From the IMG/VR virus record IMGVR_UViG_3300013126_000028, positions 1,595 through 65,594 of that record: 64,000 bases of DNA; one strand, written 5' to 3'. Shown in pieces: positions 10,195 to 20,198 of the stretch; positions within the stretch are counted from its first letter, which is position 1; each line of letters starts with the position of its first letter. Source of the stretch: a virus (lineage: Duplodnaviria; Caudoviricetes). The translations under genes were made by a program, and so were the position numbers. The notes under the pieces are model-generated. The model was not told where the DNA came from. It saw only the letters and a list, made by a program, of their open reading frames with translations, and ran no database searches.

Positions 10195-10725
10195 TTATAT
10201 AGTAAAAAAGCGCCATCTATTATAGTGTTGTATATTTTCATTACTATTAATGTGTAATAAATATGATTTAATTTCTTCCCATTCAGAGAAAAACCACTCA
10301 TGAGGTAAAGTTCCGAACAACCAATCTGGAGTACTATTTTTCCCTTGTTGTATATGAACTAAAATTGGTTTTTTTGATCTATTACAAAGATAGATTTCTT
10401 CCCAAGTTCCACAAGCATAATGGTCTAGATCTAGATTGACTATCATAAAGTCACTAATATCTACTAATCTTAAGTCAACACCTCTAATAGTTTTCATTAA
10501 AGATGCTAGTTCATCATACCTTTTTTCTTTTTTTAACTTTGTCTTGTATTCATGAGTTTGAGCATCTTCTTGACCTTCAATCGCCGGTTTTTTAATAGGA
10601 TTGAATACTACAATTCCTAAATCTTCTAAGAATGGAGTAATATTATCTCTCCAACCATTTCCTCTATCAGAAACTCTGTCCATTGCACCAGCCAAATAAA
10701 CTCTTTGATTTTTAAGTCTGTTCAT
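10195..10725 (-). CDS. Nucleoside 2-deoxyribosyltransferase-like protein
   Basis: VYLAGAM, WR, VFNP, D....SD, GTWEE. Confidence 0.75.
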   Translation of the reverse strand: MNRLKNQRVYLAGAMDRVSDRGNGWRDNITPFLEDLGIVVFNPIKKPAIEGQEDAQTHEYKTKLKKEKRYDELASLMKTIRGVDLRLVDISDFMIVNLDLDHYACGTWEEIYLCNRSKKPILVHIQQGKNSTPDWLFGTLPHEWFFSEWEEIKSYLLHINSNENIQHYNRWRFFTI

Positions 10726-10868
10726 TTTTGGTCGTAATCCACTAACAAGAAGGAAAAAAGATCTTTAGAAGGTTTTGCTGGTGGTAAAATTCCTGATCTA
10801 GTATAAGATATGGTTCTATAGCAATTTAATAAACCAACCAATATTGCTAAACTTAACGCTATTGTCAT
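10722..10868 (-). CDS. Small membrane protein (48 aa)
   Basis: Manual: MTIALSLAILVGLLNCY..., ATGA overlaps on both sides. Confidence 0.5.
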   Translation of the reverse strand: MTIALSLAILVGLLNCYRTISYTRSGILPPAKPSKDLFSFLLVDYDQK

Positions 10869-11743
10869 TTAACGAAAACCATTTGTTGAGAAGGATTTAG
10901 TACTAATCTAAAATTATTACTAGTATCTTTTGCTAGACTATAATGAAAACAAACATGCTCACAATCTTTATAGTCATAATTACCTTTAAAATAAATATCG
11001 CTACGATATATACAACATCCTCCAAAAGCACTATTCACACTAAAAATACCGCTACCAGTTGGTGGTATAAACAATCCAAACCAAAACATAGGAGCAAGAT
11101 TGTTGTTTGGAGCAGGAGGAAACACTTCATTGTCCAGCCACCAAGTTTGTCTAAACGCCCAACAGTCGTAGTTCCACATATTATAAATGTCGGGATTGCG
11201 CGAATCAAGTCCTTTTTTGTATTCAAAACTATTACCCGCTACAGCACTGATAACTGGATTATTCCGTAAGTATCCAAAACTATTTAACAGTCCCGACAAA
11301 CTAATATCGTCAAAATCCATATCTAACACTATAACAAAATCGCCCGGAGCTTTCTGTTGTGCAATCTCTTTTAACTTGTTTCGATATTCACTCAAAGCTT
11401 TTATTCTATTTTCATCCTTAACCGTGCCATAATGGGGTCTATCTAGATTTTCACTTATAAAAGTTAGTTTATCTGAGTATTTTTCTTTCAGTTTTTCTAG
11501 TATATTTTTAGTATTATCAACAGAATCATTTTCGTATAACAGTATATTACCATTAGCTTCATATTTTGTAAAAAAAGATACTAACAAGTCTATATTTTTT
11601 TCTAATACATTTTCAACATTTCTTACTAAAGATAATATTGTTATATTTGAATTTTGTAGTATTGTAATTCCGTCATTAATGTGTTTAACGTAGTTTTCTT
11701 CATATATCTCATATAAAGGTAATAGTTCTGATAATTTTTTCAC
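10865..11743 (-). CDS. GT-A glycosyltransferase (CAP59/GT2-like)
   Basis: YENDSVD, DMD (DxD), VNSAFGG, CEHV. Confidence 0.75.
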   Translation of the reverse strand: MKKLSELLPLYEIYEENYVKHINDGITILQNSNITILSLVRNVENVLEKNIDLLVSFFTKYEANGNILLYENDSVDNTKNILEKLKEKYSDKLTFISENLDRPHYGTVKDENRIKALSEYRNKLKEIAQQKAPGDFVIVLDMDFDDISLSGLLNSFGYLRNNPVISAVAGNSFEYKKGLDSRNPDIYNMWNYDCWAFRQTWWLDNEVFPPAPNNNLAPMFWFGLFIPPTGSGIFSVNSAFGGCCIYRSDIYFKGNYDYKDCEHVCFHYSLAKDTSNNFRLVLNPSQQMVFVK

Positions 11744-13044
11744 TTTTCCCTCTGTTTTATACTTTGTTTAGGAACACAACCACTATTTATTGCTACGACG
11801 CTTCCAAGACTAGCTCTTCTGTCATAGGGACTAGGACCAACAAAATCACCACCAACAGAGGTTCCATCACCATTATAGTAAAGGTTTTTTACGGTGTTGG
11901 TTAATTCTTTATTATTTATTTTATCAAGCATGTCTTTAATAAAATCTGATACTGTACTCTGATATAAATGACATAGAGTATAATACTGATTCCACGACTC
12001 TGCCACAGTTTCTTTTGCTTTTTCTATTTCTGATGGATCATTACTATAAGCTATACCAGCATCATAAGCAAATCCACTAGGATGACCTAATATTCGAGAT
12101 CTAATATATTCTTGTTTTGTTAAATCGTTCGATGGATGAAGGACGGTGACACAACCACAAAGCGGCGCCATTACACTAAAAAAAGTATTAGGATCATAAC
12201 AATAAAACAATTCAGAATTATTAAAAATATCAACAGCTTCAGAAATAGAGGTTTTGTCAATATTAATATCTTTATCATTATGATAGTTTTCAATTTTTCT
12301 ATTGTTCAAAGTTTTTGGAATCCATTGCATTTTTTTAAACGCATAACAGTTATTATCTCTTTTTTTTATTTGTTGATTTTTTATTATAGGATTAGTCCAT
12401 ATATTTACAAGTCTTTTAGAATTGGTTAAAAATGATGGTTCCCAATTATAAACAATATCTGTTGGACTCCAAGCATACTTATAAAAATCTTTTGGCGCCT
12501 CATATCCAAGATCTAATAAAATCCATCCAACAACATGTTTAGCGTTTAATGGATTTCCAACTATATTTTCAGGATAAATTACAATAGTATTGTCGTCAAT
12601 TAAAAATGGATTAATAAAATTGTTGCAAAAATCATTAGAGTATCTTTTGTGATCATAACTATATAAATATACTTTGATATTATCTGATCGAAAATTATTT
12701 ATAGTTTTTGCTAAATTGTGTAACACCATTATTCCTCCACAAGCAATATCTAGCGGTGGAGTATATATAACAATTTTTATAGAGTTTACATAGTCTTGGC
12801 TTAATATAAAGTCTTTTTTTTCAAGCTGATTATTTTTTTGAAACAAATCTAATAAGGTTTTATTATCTTGTGTTCTATAAAATTTAGTATCTAGAATTGG
12901 TCTAATTAAAGGAGCTAAAGCTGGAATTGGAGCAGTCATAGGTTTTCCAATTTCGCTAGAGTCTGATAAAGCTCTACGAACTCTCATATCCTCAGAATGA
13001 ATGCTCATAATTGATCCAATGAAATCCATGAGTTTGGATACCAT
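11740..13044 (-). CDS. WavQ-like glycan-biosynthesis protein
   Basis: GG.MVLH.L, IYPE..VGNPL.A..VV.W.L, YCYD..TF; probable start 13008. Confidence 0.55.
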   Translation of the reverse strand: MVSKLMDFIGSIMSIHSEDMRVRRALSDSSEIGKPMTAPIPALAPLIRPILDTKFYRTQDNKTLLDLFQKNNQLEKKDFILSQDYVNSIKIVIYTPPLDIACGGIMVLHNLAKTINNFRSDNIKVYLYSYDHKRYSNDFCNNFINPFLIDDNTIVIYPENIVGNPLNAKHVVGWILLDLGYEAPKDFYKYAWSPTDIVYNWEPSFLTNSKRLVNIWTNPIIKNQQIKKRDNNCYAFKKMQWIPKTLNNRKIENYHNDKDINIDKTSISEAVDIFNNSELFYCYDPNTFFSVMAPLCGCVTVLHPSNDLTKQEYIRSRILGHPSGFAYDAGIAYSNDPSEIEKAKETVAESWNQYYTLCHLYQSTVSDFIKDMLDKINNKELTNTVKNLYYNGDGTSVGGDFVGPSPYDRRASLGSVVAINSGCVPKQSIKQREK

Positions 13045-13901
13045 CTATAATTCAGAGTTTTAGCATGGATACAGTTGGTGTTATCTTCAATAAATTTTGC
13101 TGGACACACTATTTTTTTGTTTAAATTTCTATTCAAAATAGATGCCCAGTAACTAAAACTACTATTAGCACAAATATTATGGATACACAAAGACATTAGG
13201 CACATTCCGACAGAGCTAGGCATGGGGTTTGTGTACTCTATATCATATTTAGATTCTAAATTTTTAAATATATTTTTACACTCGTTAATGTCGTCGCTAA
13301 ATATCAAATATTTAGTATTTTTAATATCAAACAGATTCATAGCCCTTTGATAAAAATCTATACTAAGTTTAATGTGTCTATTATCGGGTATTTTTTTATA
13401 TTCATTTCTAACACAAACACCAACAATATCTTTTGATGTTTTGGGTAAAAGTTTTTTACATCTATTGATTAAATTACTATTAAAAATAAATAGTTGTTTA
13501 ATAATTTCATCTTTATATTTTGTATATAGTTCTTGATTAAGATTATATCTACAAATAATATTATAATTAGTATTATTAATACAAGAACATATTTCTTCAT
13601 ATGAAGAACTAGTAAAATCTATCCATTTCCAAGTTATGTCTTTAATTTGGTTCTCTTGTATAACTTTAAATATTTTAGACATATTAGAAAAAACGTGTTG
13701 AGGATACATAATTGGTTCATCAAATTTATTAAAAAATTCCATAGCACTAGTTAGATTCTGCTGTTTAAAATCTATATCTAGAATACAAGGAATTATACCA
13801 GTATCTTTATGTAAACTATACATAGCCGCATAATGACCCATCAAAGTTCCAAATCCTTCTTTAAGAAAATAATCTGGATCTAAAGTAAATAATTTGGTCA
13901 T
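13005..13901 (-). CDS. GT11 alpha-1,2-fucosyltransferase-like protein
   Basis: GFG, GVCVRNEY (divergent HVRRGDY), IFSDD, ANSSFSYW. Confidence 0.75.
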   Translation of the reverse strand: MTKLFTLDPDYFLKEGFGTLMGHYAAMYSLHKDTGIIPCILDIDFKQQNLTSAMEFFNKFDEPIMYPQHVFSNMSKIFKVIQENQIKDITWKWIDFTSSSYEEICSCINNTNYNIICRYNLNQELYTKYKDEIIKQLFIFNSNLINRCKKLLPKTSKDIVGVCVRNEYKKIPDNRHIKLSIDFYQRAMNLFDIKNTKYLIFSDDINECKNIFKNLESKYDIEYTNPMPSSVGMCLMSLCIHNICANSSFSYWASILNRNLNKKIVCPAKFIEDNTNCIHAKTLNYRWYPNSWISLDQL

Positions 13902-15037
13902 TTAAAAAATTCTTTTATTTTATAGCAAACATAATCTACGTCTGCTAATGTTATGCCATGATGAGATCCAAGTAAAAATCCATTTTTCATAATAGTATCA
14001 GAATTAAAAAATGGTTGTAAATAATTTCTATAAGCAGGGTGTCTAGTAACATTACCAGCAAAAGTAACTCGTGTTTGTATATTGTTATTTTCTAAATGAT
14101 GTAATAATTCATATCTATTTTCTGTTTGTAATGGTATCGCTAGCCAGTTTGGTTTGATAGTATCATCAGGTAATAGAATTTGTTTACAATCAGTCAAATT
14201 TGACAAATATCTTTCTATATTATCTCTGCGAATTTTAGCAAACTTTTCAAACTTTTCTAGTTGTACCAATCCAAAAGCAGCATTCATTTCACTACTTTTC
14301 ATATTATATCCTAGACAACCATATAAAAATTTATGATCATACGGAATACCATCAACAGTATGATTAAATCTATCACTCATAATTTCAGAATTATCGCCAA
14401 TTCGCCCCCAATCTCTAAAATTTAAACACGTATCTCTTAATTTAATATCATTATACATAACCATACCGCCGGAGCCGCCAGCAGTAATAACATGACTAGC
14501 ATAAAAACTAGTTGTGCTAATATCACTTTCTAAAGTGTGTGTTATAGTATCGGCAGAATCTTCGATCAAAATAATATCATTTCTACCAATTTTTGCTAAC
14601 TCTGTTTTAATTTTTTTCCAATCTGGTTTATTCCCAATTAAATTTGGCAACATAAGGACTTTGGTATCTTCATTAATAAGCTCCAATATCTGTTGAACAG
14701 ATGGAACGTATGTCGTTAATTCAACATCACAAAAAACTGGCTCTAAACCCAACTGAACAATAGGCGCTAAGGTTGTTGAAAATGTACATGCGGGAGTAAT
14801 AACTTTACTGCCTTTTGATAGTTGTAAACTAGCAAGAGCTAAAAGACAAGCAGAGGATCCAGAGTTAACAAAAACTCCGTATTTTTTACCAAATATTTGA
14901 GATACTTTTTCTTCGAACTCTATTGATTTTGGGCCAAATCCGGCCAGCCAACCATCTTGTAAACACCGTGTAACAGCATCTATTTCTTCTTGTCCGTATG
15001 ACTCAAATTTATTGGGGGCATACCATATTTTTTTCAT
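13898..15037 (-). CDS. DegT/RfbH-family PLP enzyme, probable NDP-4-keto-6-deoxyhexose 3-dehydratase
   Basis: VNSGSSA, IEDSAD, SFYASHVITAGG with His at the usual Schiff-base Lys position, RDWGR, GYNMK. Confidence 0.8.
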   Translation of the reverse strand: MKKIWYAPNKFESYGQEEIDAVTRCLQDGWLAGFGPKSIEFEEKVSQIFGKKYGVFVNSGSSACLLALASLQLSKGSKVITPACTFSTTLAPIVQLGLEPVFCDVELTTYVPSVQQILELINEDTKVLMLPNLIGNKPDWKKIKTELAKIGRNDIILIEDSADTITHTLESDISTTSFYASHVITAGGSGGMVMYNDIKLRDTCLNFRDWGRIGDNSEIMSDRFNHTVDGIPYDHKFLYGCLGYNMKSSEMNAAFGLVQLEKFEKFAKIRRDNIERYLSNLTDCKQILLPDDTIKPNWLAIPLQTENRYELLHHLENNNIQTRVTFAGNVTRHPAYRNYLQPFFNSDTIMKNGFLLGSHHGITLADVDYVCYKIKEFFK

Positions 15038-15815
15038 CTTTTATCTTTCTATATGTTTCTAATATTCCGTGTTCCAGACCGTCGTATTTGATATGTATAT
15101 CATAGTAATCGCCGATGTAGTCAGAGTCATACTTTTGATTTTGTAAATCTATACTAACTCTATGATCGTCTAGACTATTAATAATATTAGCAATATTCGT
15201 GAGTGAATATTTCTGATTATAAACACAGTCTAAGGTTTTAGGTATATTTTCGTAGTCTATATACTTTTGTACTATTTTGATAAAATCTAGCATATAAATA
15301 AAATCCATTAGCTTATCACTATGAACAATTATATTTTGCTTATTTAAGTATCTAGTTATATTACTCTTAATAAATCTTCGTTCTAGTTCATTTTGATCAA
15401 ACGCACCATAGATTCTTAAATTGTAGCAATTTTCTTTGTCTGCTAAGGAAGACGCTATGATCTTTTTACTTAGTCCATAAAAACTATTGGGACTATATTT
15501 TTCTGCACCAGATCCTATATTGATAAACTTTTTATATCTGTGTCTATGATTTAGTAGGTTGTAATACATTTTAATATTATCGTCTAAAATAGATGAATTA
15601 TCAGATTCTAATCTATTACCCCCCTTGATTGCGGTATGTATAACAACATCAAAAAACATGCCATCATCTAGACTATCAAACCATTTATTGGTAGAATTGG
15701 TATCTCTAAGATCAAAAATTTGTCTATTAATTGAAATTATATTATATAAACTATGTAAATATTTATATATACTAAATCCTATATATCCTTGACTCCCTGT
15801 TAATAAAATATTCAT
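15009..15815 (-). CDS. NAD-dependent epimerase/reductase (SDR)
   Basis: TGSQGYIG, GSGAE, YGLSK. Confidence 0.85.
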   Translation of the reverse strand: MNILLTGSQGYIGFSIYKYLHSLYNIISINRQIFDLRDTNSTNKWFDSLDDGMFFDVVIHTAIKGGNRLESDNSSILDDNIKMYYNLLNHRHRYKKFINIGSGAEKYSPNSFYGLSKKIIASSLADKENCYNLRIYGAFDQNELERRFIKSNITRYLNKQNIIVHSDKLMDFIYMLDFIKIVQKYIDYENIPKTLDCVYNQKYSLTNIANIINSLDDHRVSIDLQNQKYDSDYIGDYYDIHIKYDGLEHGILETYRKIKDEKNMVCPQ

Positions 15816-16336
15816 TTTTTACTAGCAAATATCACTTTGCAAAGTCCGCTGGTATGAATTAAATCTATTTGCTCATTGATATGATATTTAAAAGATGGCA
15901 AGGTATTGATAAAGTATTCATACATATCTTGTCCATGAGTTTCTATGTAGTACTCTTCTATTGAGCATATGTCGGATTCGTTCATTTTAAACAAAAATTT
16001 TTCGTTTGATTCTATATCAAATTTAACACAGTTTGGCTTATAAGTATCATATAAAAATTTAATATCATTTTCAGAATTAATGGATTTGAGAATAAATTCA
16101 TATCTTAAATCATTTTGGTATTTGTTTTTGAACCACGAAATTTCTTCATGGTCTATATCTACGCCAATCACTTTGGTTGCTCCATTAAATATGAAATGTT
16201 CTGGTGTTGTCAACCAACTATCGTCTACTCTTTCTACCTTATTCCATCTACCACAACCAAGATCTAATACAATCTTATTTTTTACATTAATAAATTTCCA
16301 ATGTTCTGCCGAGTTTTCATTATCTAATTTATGCAT
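15812..16336 (-). CDS. Class I SAM-dependent methyltransferase-like protein
   Basis: VLDLGCG, VIGVD, KFDIE (FkbM-like). Confidence 0.65.
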   Translation of the reverse strand: MHKLDNENSAEHWKFINVKNKIVLDLGCGRWNKVERVDDSWLTTPEHFIFNGATKVIGVDIDHEEISWFKNKYQNDLRYEFILKSINSENDIKFLYDTYKPNCVKFDIESNEKFLFKMNESDICSIEEYYIETHGQDMYEYFINTLPSFKYHINEQIDLIHTSGLCKVIFASKK

Positions 16337-16349
16337 TATAATTTAATCC

Positions 16350-18089
16350 TTAAGATATATCTGTTAATTCTCCGGGAATAATTTTACCATTAATATCAAT
16401 ACCTTTAGCTTTAACTTTTGGTTCGTGTAATTCATTAGGGTCTGTGAATACTTCTACTATACACCTTTGTGGATTTTTAAAAACTTTAGACAAAGTACTA
16501 TCTATATTTTTATTAGACCTAATACTATAATATTTATATTGAAAACATTTCGCAACATCTTCAAATGACGGAATGGATACTCCTGTATTCTGATCTGTTG
16601 CAACTAAGTGTCCTTTAAAGAATGAATTTTGTGTTAATTTAATGGATAAATATCCTTCATTATTAATAATCACAATAATAATAGGTAAATTATGATATTT
16701 GATAGTTTCTAATTCTTGTAAATTCATCATAATACTACCATCGCCCTCGATACAAATAATTGGCTTTTTACAACCATAGTATGCTCCAATAGATGCTGGT
16801 AAGCCATAGCCCATTGGTGCTGTTCCTTCATTACTAAATAATTGCTGATCTCTTGTAAGATTCATGGTTTTTAAAGGAACAACATGAGCTGTTCCATCAC
16901 TAGTTACTATAACAGAGTCTGGTTTAAGATATTTTTCGAGTTTTTTACTAAAAACATATGTACTAACATAGCTCTTTAATGATTCGTGTTTTGGCAAAAC
17001 CAAGTTTTCTTGTGATCTTTTATCGACAACATATTTTTGCCACGACTCAATATTTGACCCAGTAATATCTTTTGATATAACAAAAAAATCTTTTAGATCG
17101 ATTTTCCATTTATATGTTGTTTTACTAAAATTTAATTTGGTTAATTCGTTCTCATCTATATCAATTATTATCTTTTTAGCTAACGGAGCAAATTTTTGAC
17201 TATCGTATCCTATCATCTTAGGATTTAATCTCGATCCTAGTGATATAATCAGATCACTTTCTTGAATAAGACAATTAGAGGTTTTTTGCCCCAACAAGCC
17301 GAAACGACCAGCATAATATTGATAATCGGTATTTATTATATCTATCGCAGAGTGTGGGCCGGACATAACCGGTATCTTTAATCTATTTAGTAATTCTTTT
17401 AATTGTTCTTTGGTTCCAGATGATTTAATTCCGCCGCCAATAACTATTACTGGTTTTTTAGATTCGGTAATTAATTTTTTTAATTTATGTAGATAATATT
17501 TGTTTTTTATTTTATTTAGTAAAGATTTTGTATTATTAGCATAATAATGATGTAAATCCTCGGGGTTAACTTCAGCGCTTTGAATATCTAATGGAATGTC
17601 GATCCATACCGGCCCCTGACGATTACTGACAGCTAGATGATATGCCTTTTCTAATTCGTAAAGAATATTATTAGCATCTGATACTAAAACAGAATACTTA
17701 GTCATACTCTTAACGGTATCTACTATATTAAATTCTTGTTGTCCAATTTGTCTACATCCAGTATTTTTGCTTAATTGATTTGTTGGAACCTGACCGGAGA
17801 TAATTATCATTGGTGCAGAATCTTGAAAAGCACACAATACTCCGGTTAATGCGTTAGTTCCTCCTGGTCCGGTAGTTACCAAAATGCACCCAGGTTTTAA
17901 TTTTGTTTTTGCATAACCCTCTGCGGCCATAGCACATGCTTGTTCGTGATGATTACATATATATTTTATAGACGTGTTCTTTCCCAAAGAATCTGTTAGG
18001 TGCATACATCCTCCGCCAGAAACTGTAAAAACAGTATCTATACCTTTTTCCGCTATAAAATTAAAAACCAAATCTGAGACTTTTATCAT
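16350..18089 (-). CDS. ThDP-dependent acetolactate-synthase-like enzyme (YerE-like)
   Basis: HHEQACAMAAEGY, TTGPGGTN, GPVWIDIPLD, MGYGLP, GDGS-x24-NN; lies in sugar cluster. Confidence 0.88.
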   Translation of the reverse strand: MIKVSDLVFNFIAEKGIDTVFTVSGGGCMHLTDSLGKNTSIKYICNHHEQACAMAAEGYAKTKLKPGCILVTTGPGGTNALTGVLCAFQDSAPMIIISGQVPTNQLSKNTGCRQIGQQEFNIVDTVKSMTKYSVLVSDANNILYELEKAYHLAVSNRQGPVWIDIPLDIQSAEVNPEDLHHYYANNTKSLLNKIKNKYYLHKLKKLITESKKPVIVIGGGIKSSGTKEQLKELLNRLKIPVMSGPHSAIDIINTDYQYYAGRFGLLGQKTSNCLIQESDLIISLGSRLNPKMIGYDSQKFAPLAKKIIIDIDENELTKLNFSKTTYKWKIDLKDFFVISKDITGSNIESWQKYVVDKRSQENLVLPKHESLKSYVSTYVFSKKLEKYLKPDSVIVTSDGTAHVVPLKTMNLTRDQQLFSNEGTAPMGYGLPASIGAYYGCKKPIICIEGDGSIMMNLQELETIKYHNLPIIIVIINNEGYLSIKLTQNSFFKGHLVATDQNTGVSIPSFEDVAKCFQYKYYSIRSNKNIDSTLSKVFKNPQRCIVEVFTDPNELHEPKVKAKGIDINGKIIPGELTDIS

Positions 18090-19162
18090 TCTATATCATT
18101 TTTTGTAAGAGGATCATCTTTTTTAAGATTGTTTTTAGCCACACAATCTTTTTCTATAAAATTACGTGAAGATAGTTGACCTATTTCTTTTTGATATGGA
18201 ACTGCGCTATACAGATCGTCGATAATAATTTTTTCACCTTTTTTAATATTTTTCTTTAGGTATAGTCCACGATACAATGATTCAAGATACTCTGTTTCTT
18301 TTTGATCTATGGTTCTTCTTTCGTCACAGGATGTACCACACATTGTTTGTGCAGTATGAAAAGCTTTAAACCATTCGTCTATTTGGTCTGGTAAAGAACA
18401 ATAACTAGATACTTCTTTTTGAATATGGTTTTTTGGATATGGTAAATCTATATGTCTTTCCCATGTCCTAGCGCCTTTTGCATAAGAAATTAACATAGAC
18501 GAGTGCCAGTCATGATACTCGTGGGTTGATAATCCTATGGTTAGATTGGGATATTTATTTTTTAAGTAGTCTATTTGATCTAACTCTAGTTCATTATCTT
18601 CGCTTGGATATTTAGAAACACAATGATTTAATGCTAATAGTATTTGTCTATTTAAGAAAAATTTAACACTATCGTCTATTTGTTTTTCATTGGCCCCGCC
18701 AGTAGATAATATAACAGGTTTTTTTGTTGATGCTATTTTTTGCAAAAGTACCCAATCATTTAGATCTGAACTAGCGACTTTGATTATGGGCATATCAAAT
18801 TTAACACATAAATCTACAGAAGATTCATCAAAAGCTGTTGCCATAGGTATACAACCATTGTCTTTAATATAATCAACAAGCTCTTTGAATTCACTTTGTG
18901 ATAATTTAGTTTGACTAGTTTTTTCTATATATCTTAGTCTTTTTGGTAAGCTATTAAGATCTTTTTCTTTTTTAGCTTTAAAGTCTTTATGAATAAAACT
19001 ATCTACATCACGGAACTGAAGTTTAATTGAAGCTTTAATATTATTATCTTTAACTACTCTAGAGAATTCTTTAATGATTTTTTTACCTCTAGATACTGAA
19101 CCCCAGTGGTTATTAGCTAATTCTAAAACAAAAAGATTAGTAAAAATATTATTCATAACCAA
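18086..19162 (-). CDS. NeuB/SpsE-family nonulosonic acid synthase with C-terminal SAF-like domain
   Basis: ELANNH.G, KLQ, KVASSD, ILSTG, HCVSKYP, GLSTHE, ERH. Confidence 0.88.
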   Translation of the reverse strand: MVMNNIFTNLFVLELANNHWGSVSRGKKIIKEFSRVVKDNNIKASIKLQFRDVDSFIHKDFKAKKEKDLNSLPKRLRYIEKTSQTKLSQSEFKELVDYIKDNGCIPMATAFDESSVDLCVKFDMPIIKVASSDLNDWVLLQKIASTKKPVILSTGGANEKQIDDSVKFFLNRQILLALNHCVSKYPSEDNELELDQIDYLKNKYPNLTIGLSTHEYHDWHSSMLISYAKGARTWERHIDLPYPKNHIQKEVSSYCSLPDQIDEWFKAFHTAQTMCGTSCDERRTIDQKETEYLESLYRGLYLKKNIKKGEKIIIDDLYSAVPYQKEIGQLSSRNFIEKDCVAKNNLKKDDPLTKNDIE

Positions 19163-19446
19163 TCCTTAGTATTCATGTTTTTATCATCAATAAATAAATC
19201 ATAATATGGCTTACCGAATTTAATTTCATGATACTTAACACCCCACTCCTTGAATTGTTTTTCTGTAACACTTCTCCAGTCTATTCTACTTACTGTTCCT
19301 CTGGCAGTCCAATAGACTATAGTATGTCCGTCGTCATAAAGTTTATTTGCTTTTGATATATTTTCTATAATAGGAGTACTACTTGTATAGTCTGGCTTAT
19401 TAGGACTGTGGCAGATAGTTTCGTCAATATCGATATATATGATCAT
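19153..19446 (-). CDS. Small HAD-superfamily phosphatase
   Basis: DIDETI, WTARG, GKP, IDDK. Confidence 0.85.
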   Translation of the reverse strand: MIIYIDIDETICHSPNKPDYTSSTPIIENISKANKLYDDGHTIVYWTARGTVSRIDWRSVTEKQFKEWGVKYHEIKFGKPYYDLFIDDKNMNTKDWL

Positions 19447-19447
19447 T

Positions 19448-20194
19448 TTAATTAAATTTACTAGTTGTATTAGTTATTCTTGGTATATTAAATTGTAGAT
19501 TTGATTCTGATAAAGGAATATTTTTATCTTTAAAATACTTGGTTAATGGCGGTTCAAAATCTACATTTATATAATCATGGTCATACCAATAAGATTCTAT
19601 ATGGTCGTAATATTGAGATCTAAGTTCAACATAATTAATATTTCCGTGAAAAAATATGTCTTGCCTAAAATTATCTCTAGAATGTTTAGTTTTTGATAAT
19701 ACTAAATTTGGATTTTCAAATTCTTTAGTATCAAGTTTTGATATAAAGTTTATATCTAATCTGGAACAAAAAAACCTATCATATCTGTCATATTCTTTAG
19801 CAATATCAAAAATGGTTTTAAAAGCATACAATATATATTTTGCTACAAATCTTGATGCTGTTTGATGATTCCATTGAGGATGATTTTCATATTTTGGTAT
19901 GGCCCATTTATGGGGTATTTCGTCCCAACTTGGGTCTTTTTCTATTATTATTTTTTTAGGATTGTATGTTGCTTTAATACGATCAAAATCTGGAGTCTTT
20001 GATCCTTCGTTTTTTAATGTTTCTGCCATAGGTCTATTCCAATCATTGCACCAAGAAGTTGTACCGGCGTTCGTCCTATCCCATGTATGAATAAAAATAT
20101 CTCCTGGCATAACATTATAAATATTTTGATAAAAATTTTCATAACATTTTTCCCACGTTCTACTATGTCCTGAAAAAATATATGCTATTTTCAT
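19448..20194 (-). CDS. Glycan-cluster hypothetical protein (GT-like)
   Basis: IFSGHSR, DIFIHTW, YD....SRLD. Confidence 0.6.
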   Translation of the reverse strand: MKIAYIFSGHSRTWEKCYENFYQNIYNVMPGDIFIHTWDRTNAGTTSWCNDWNRPMAETLKNEGSKTPDFDRIKATYNPKKIIIEKDPSWDEIPHKWAIPKYENHPQWNHQTASRFVAKYILYAFKTIFDIAKEYDRYDRFFCSRLDINFISKLDTKEFENPNLVLSKTKHSRDNFRQDIFFHGNINYVELRSQYYDHIESYWYDHDYINVDFEPPLTKYFKDKNIPLSESNLQFNIPRITNTTSKFN

Positions 20195-20198
20195 GTAA

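Noticed and set aside
16350-18089. ilvB amino-acid biosynthesis gene
   Set aside because: Embedded in an NDP-sugar cluster with no other ilv genes; a YerE-like role fits better.
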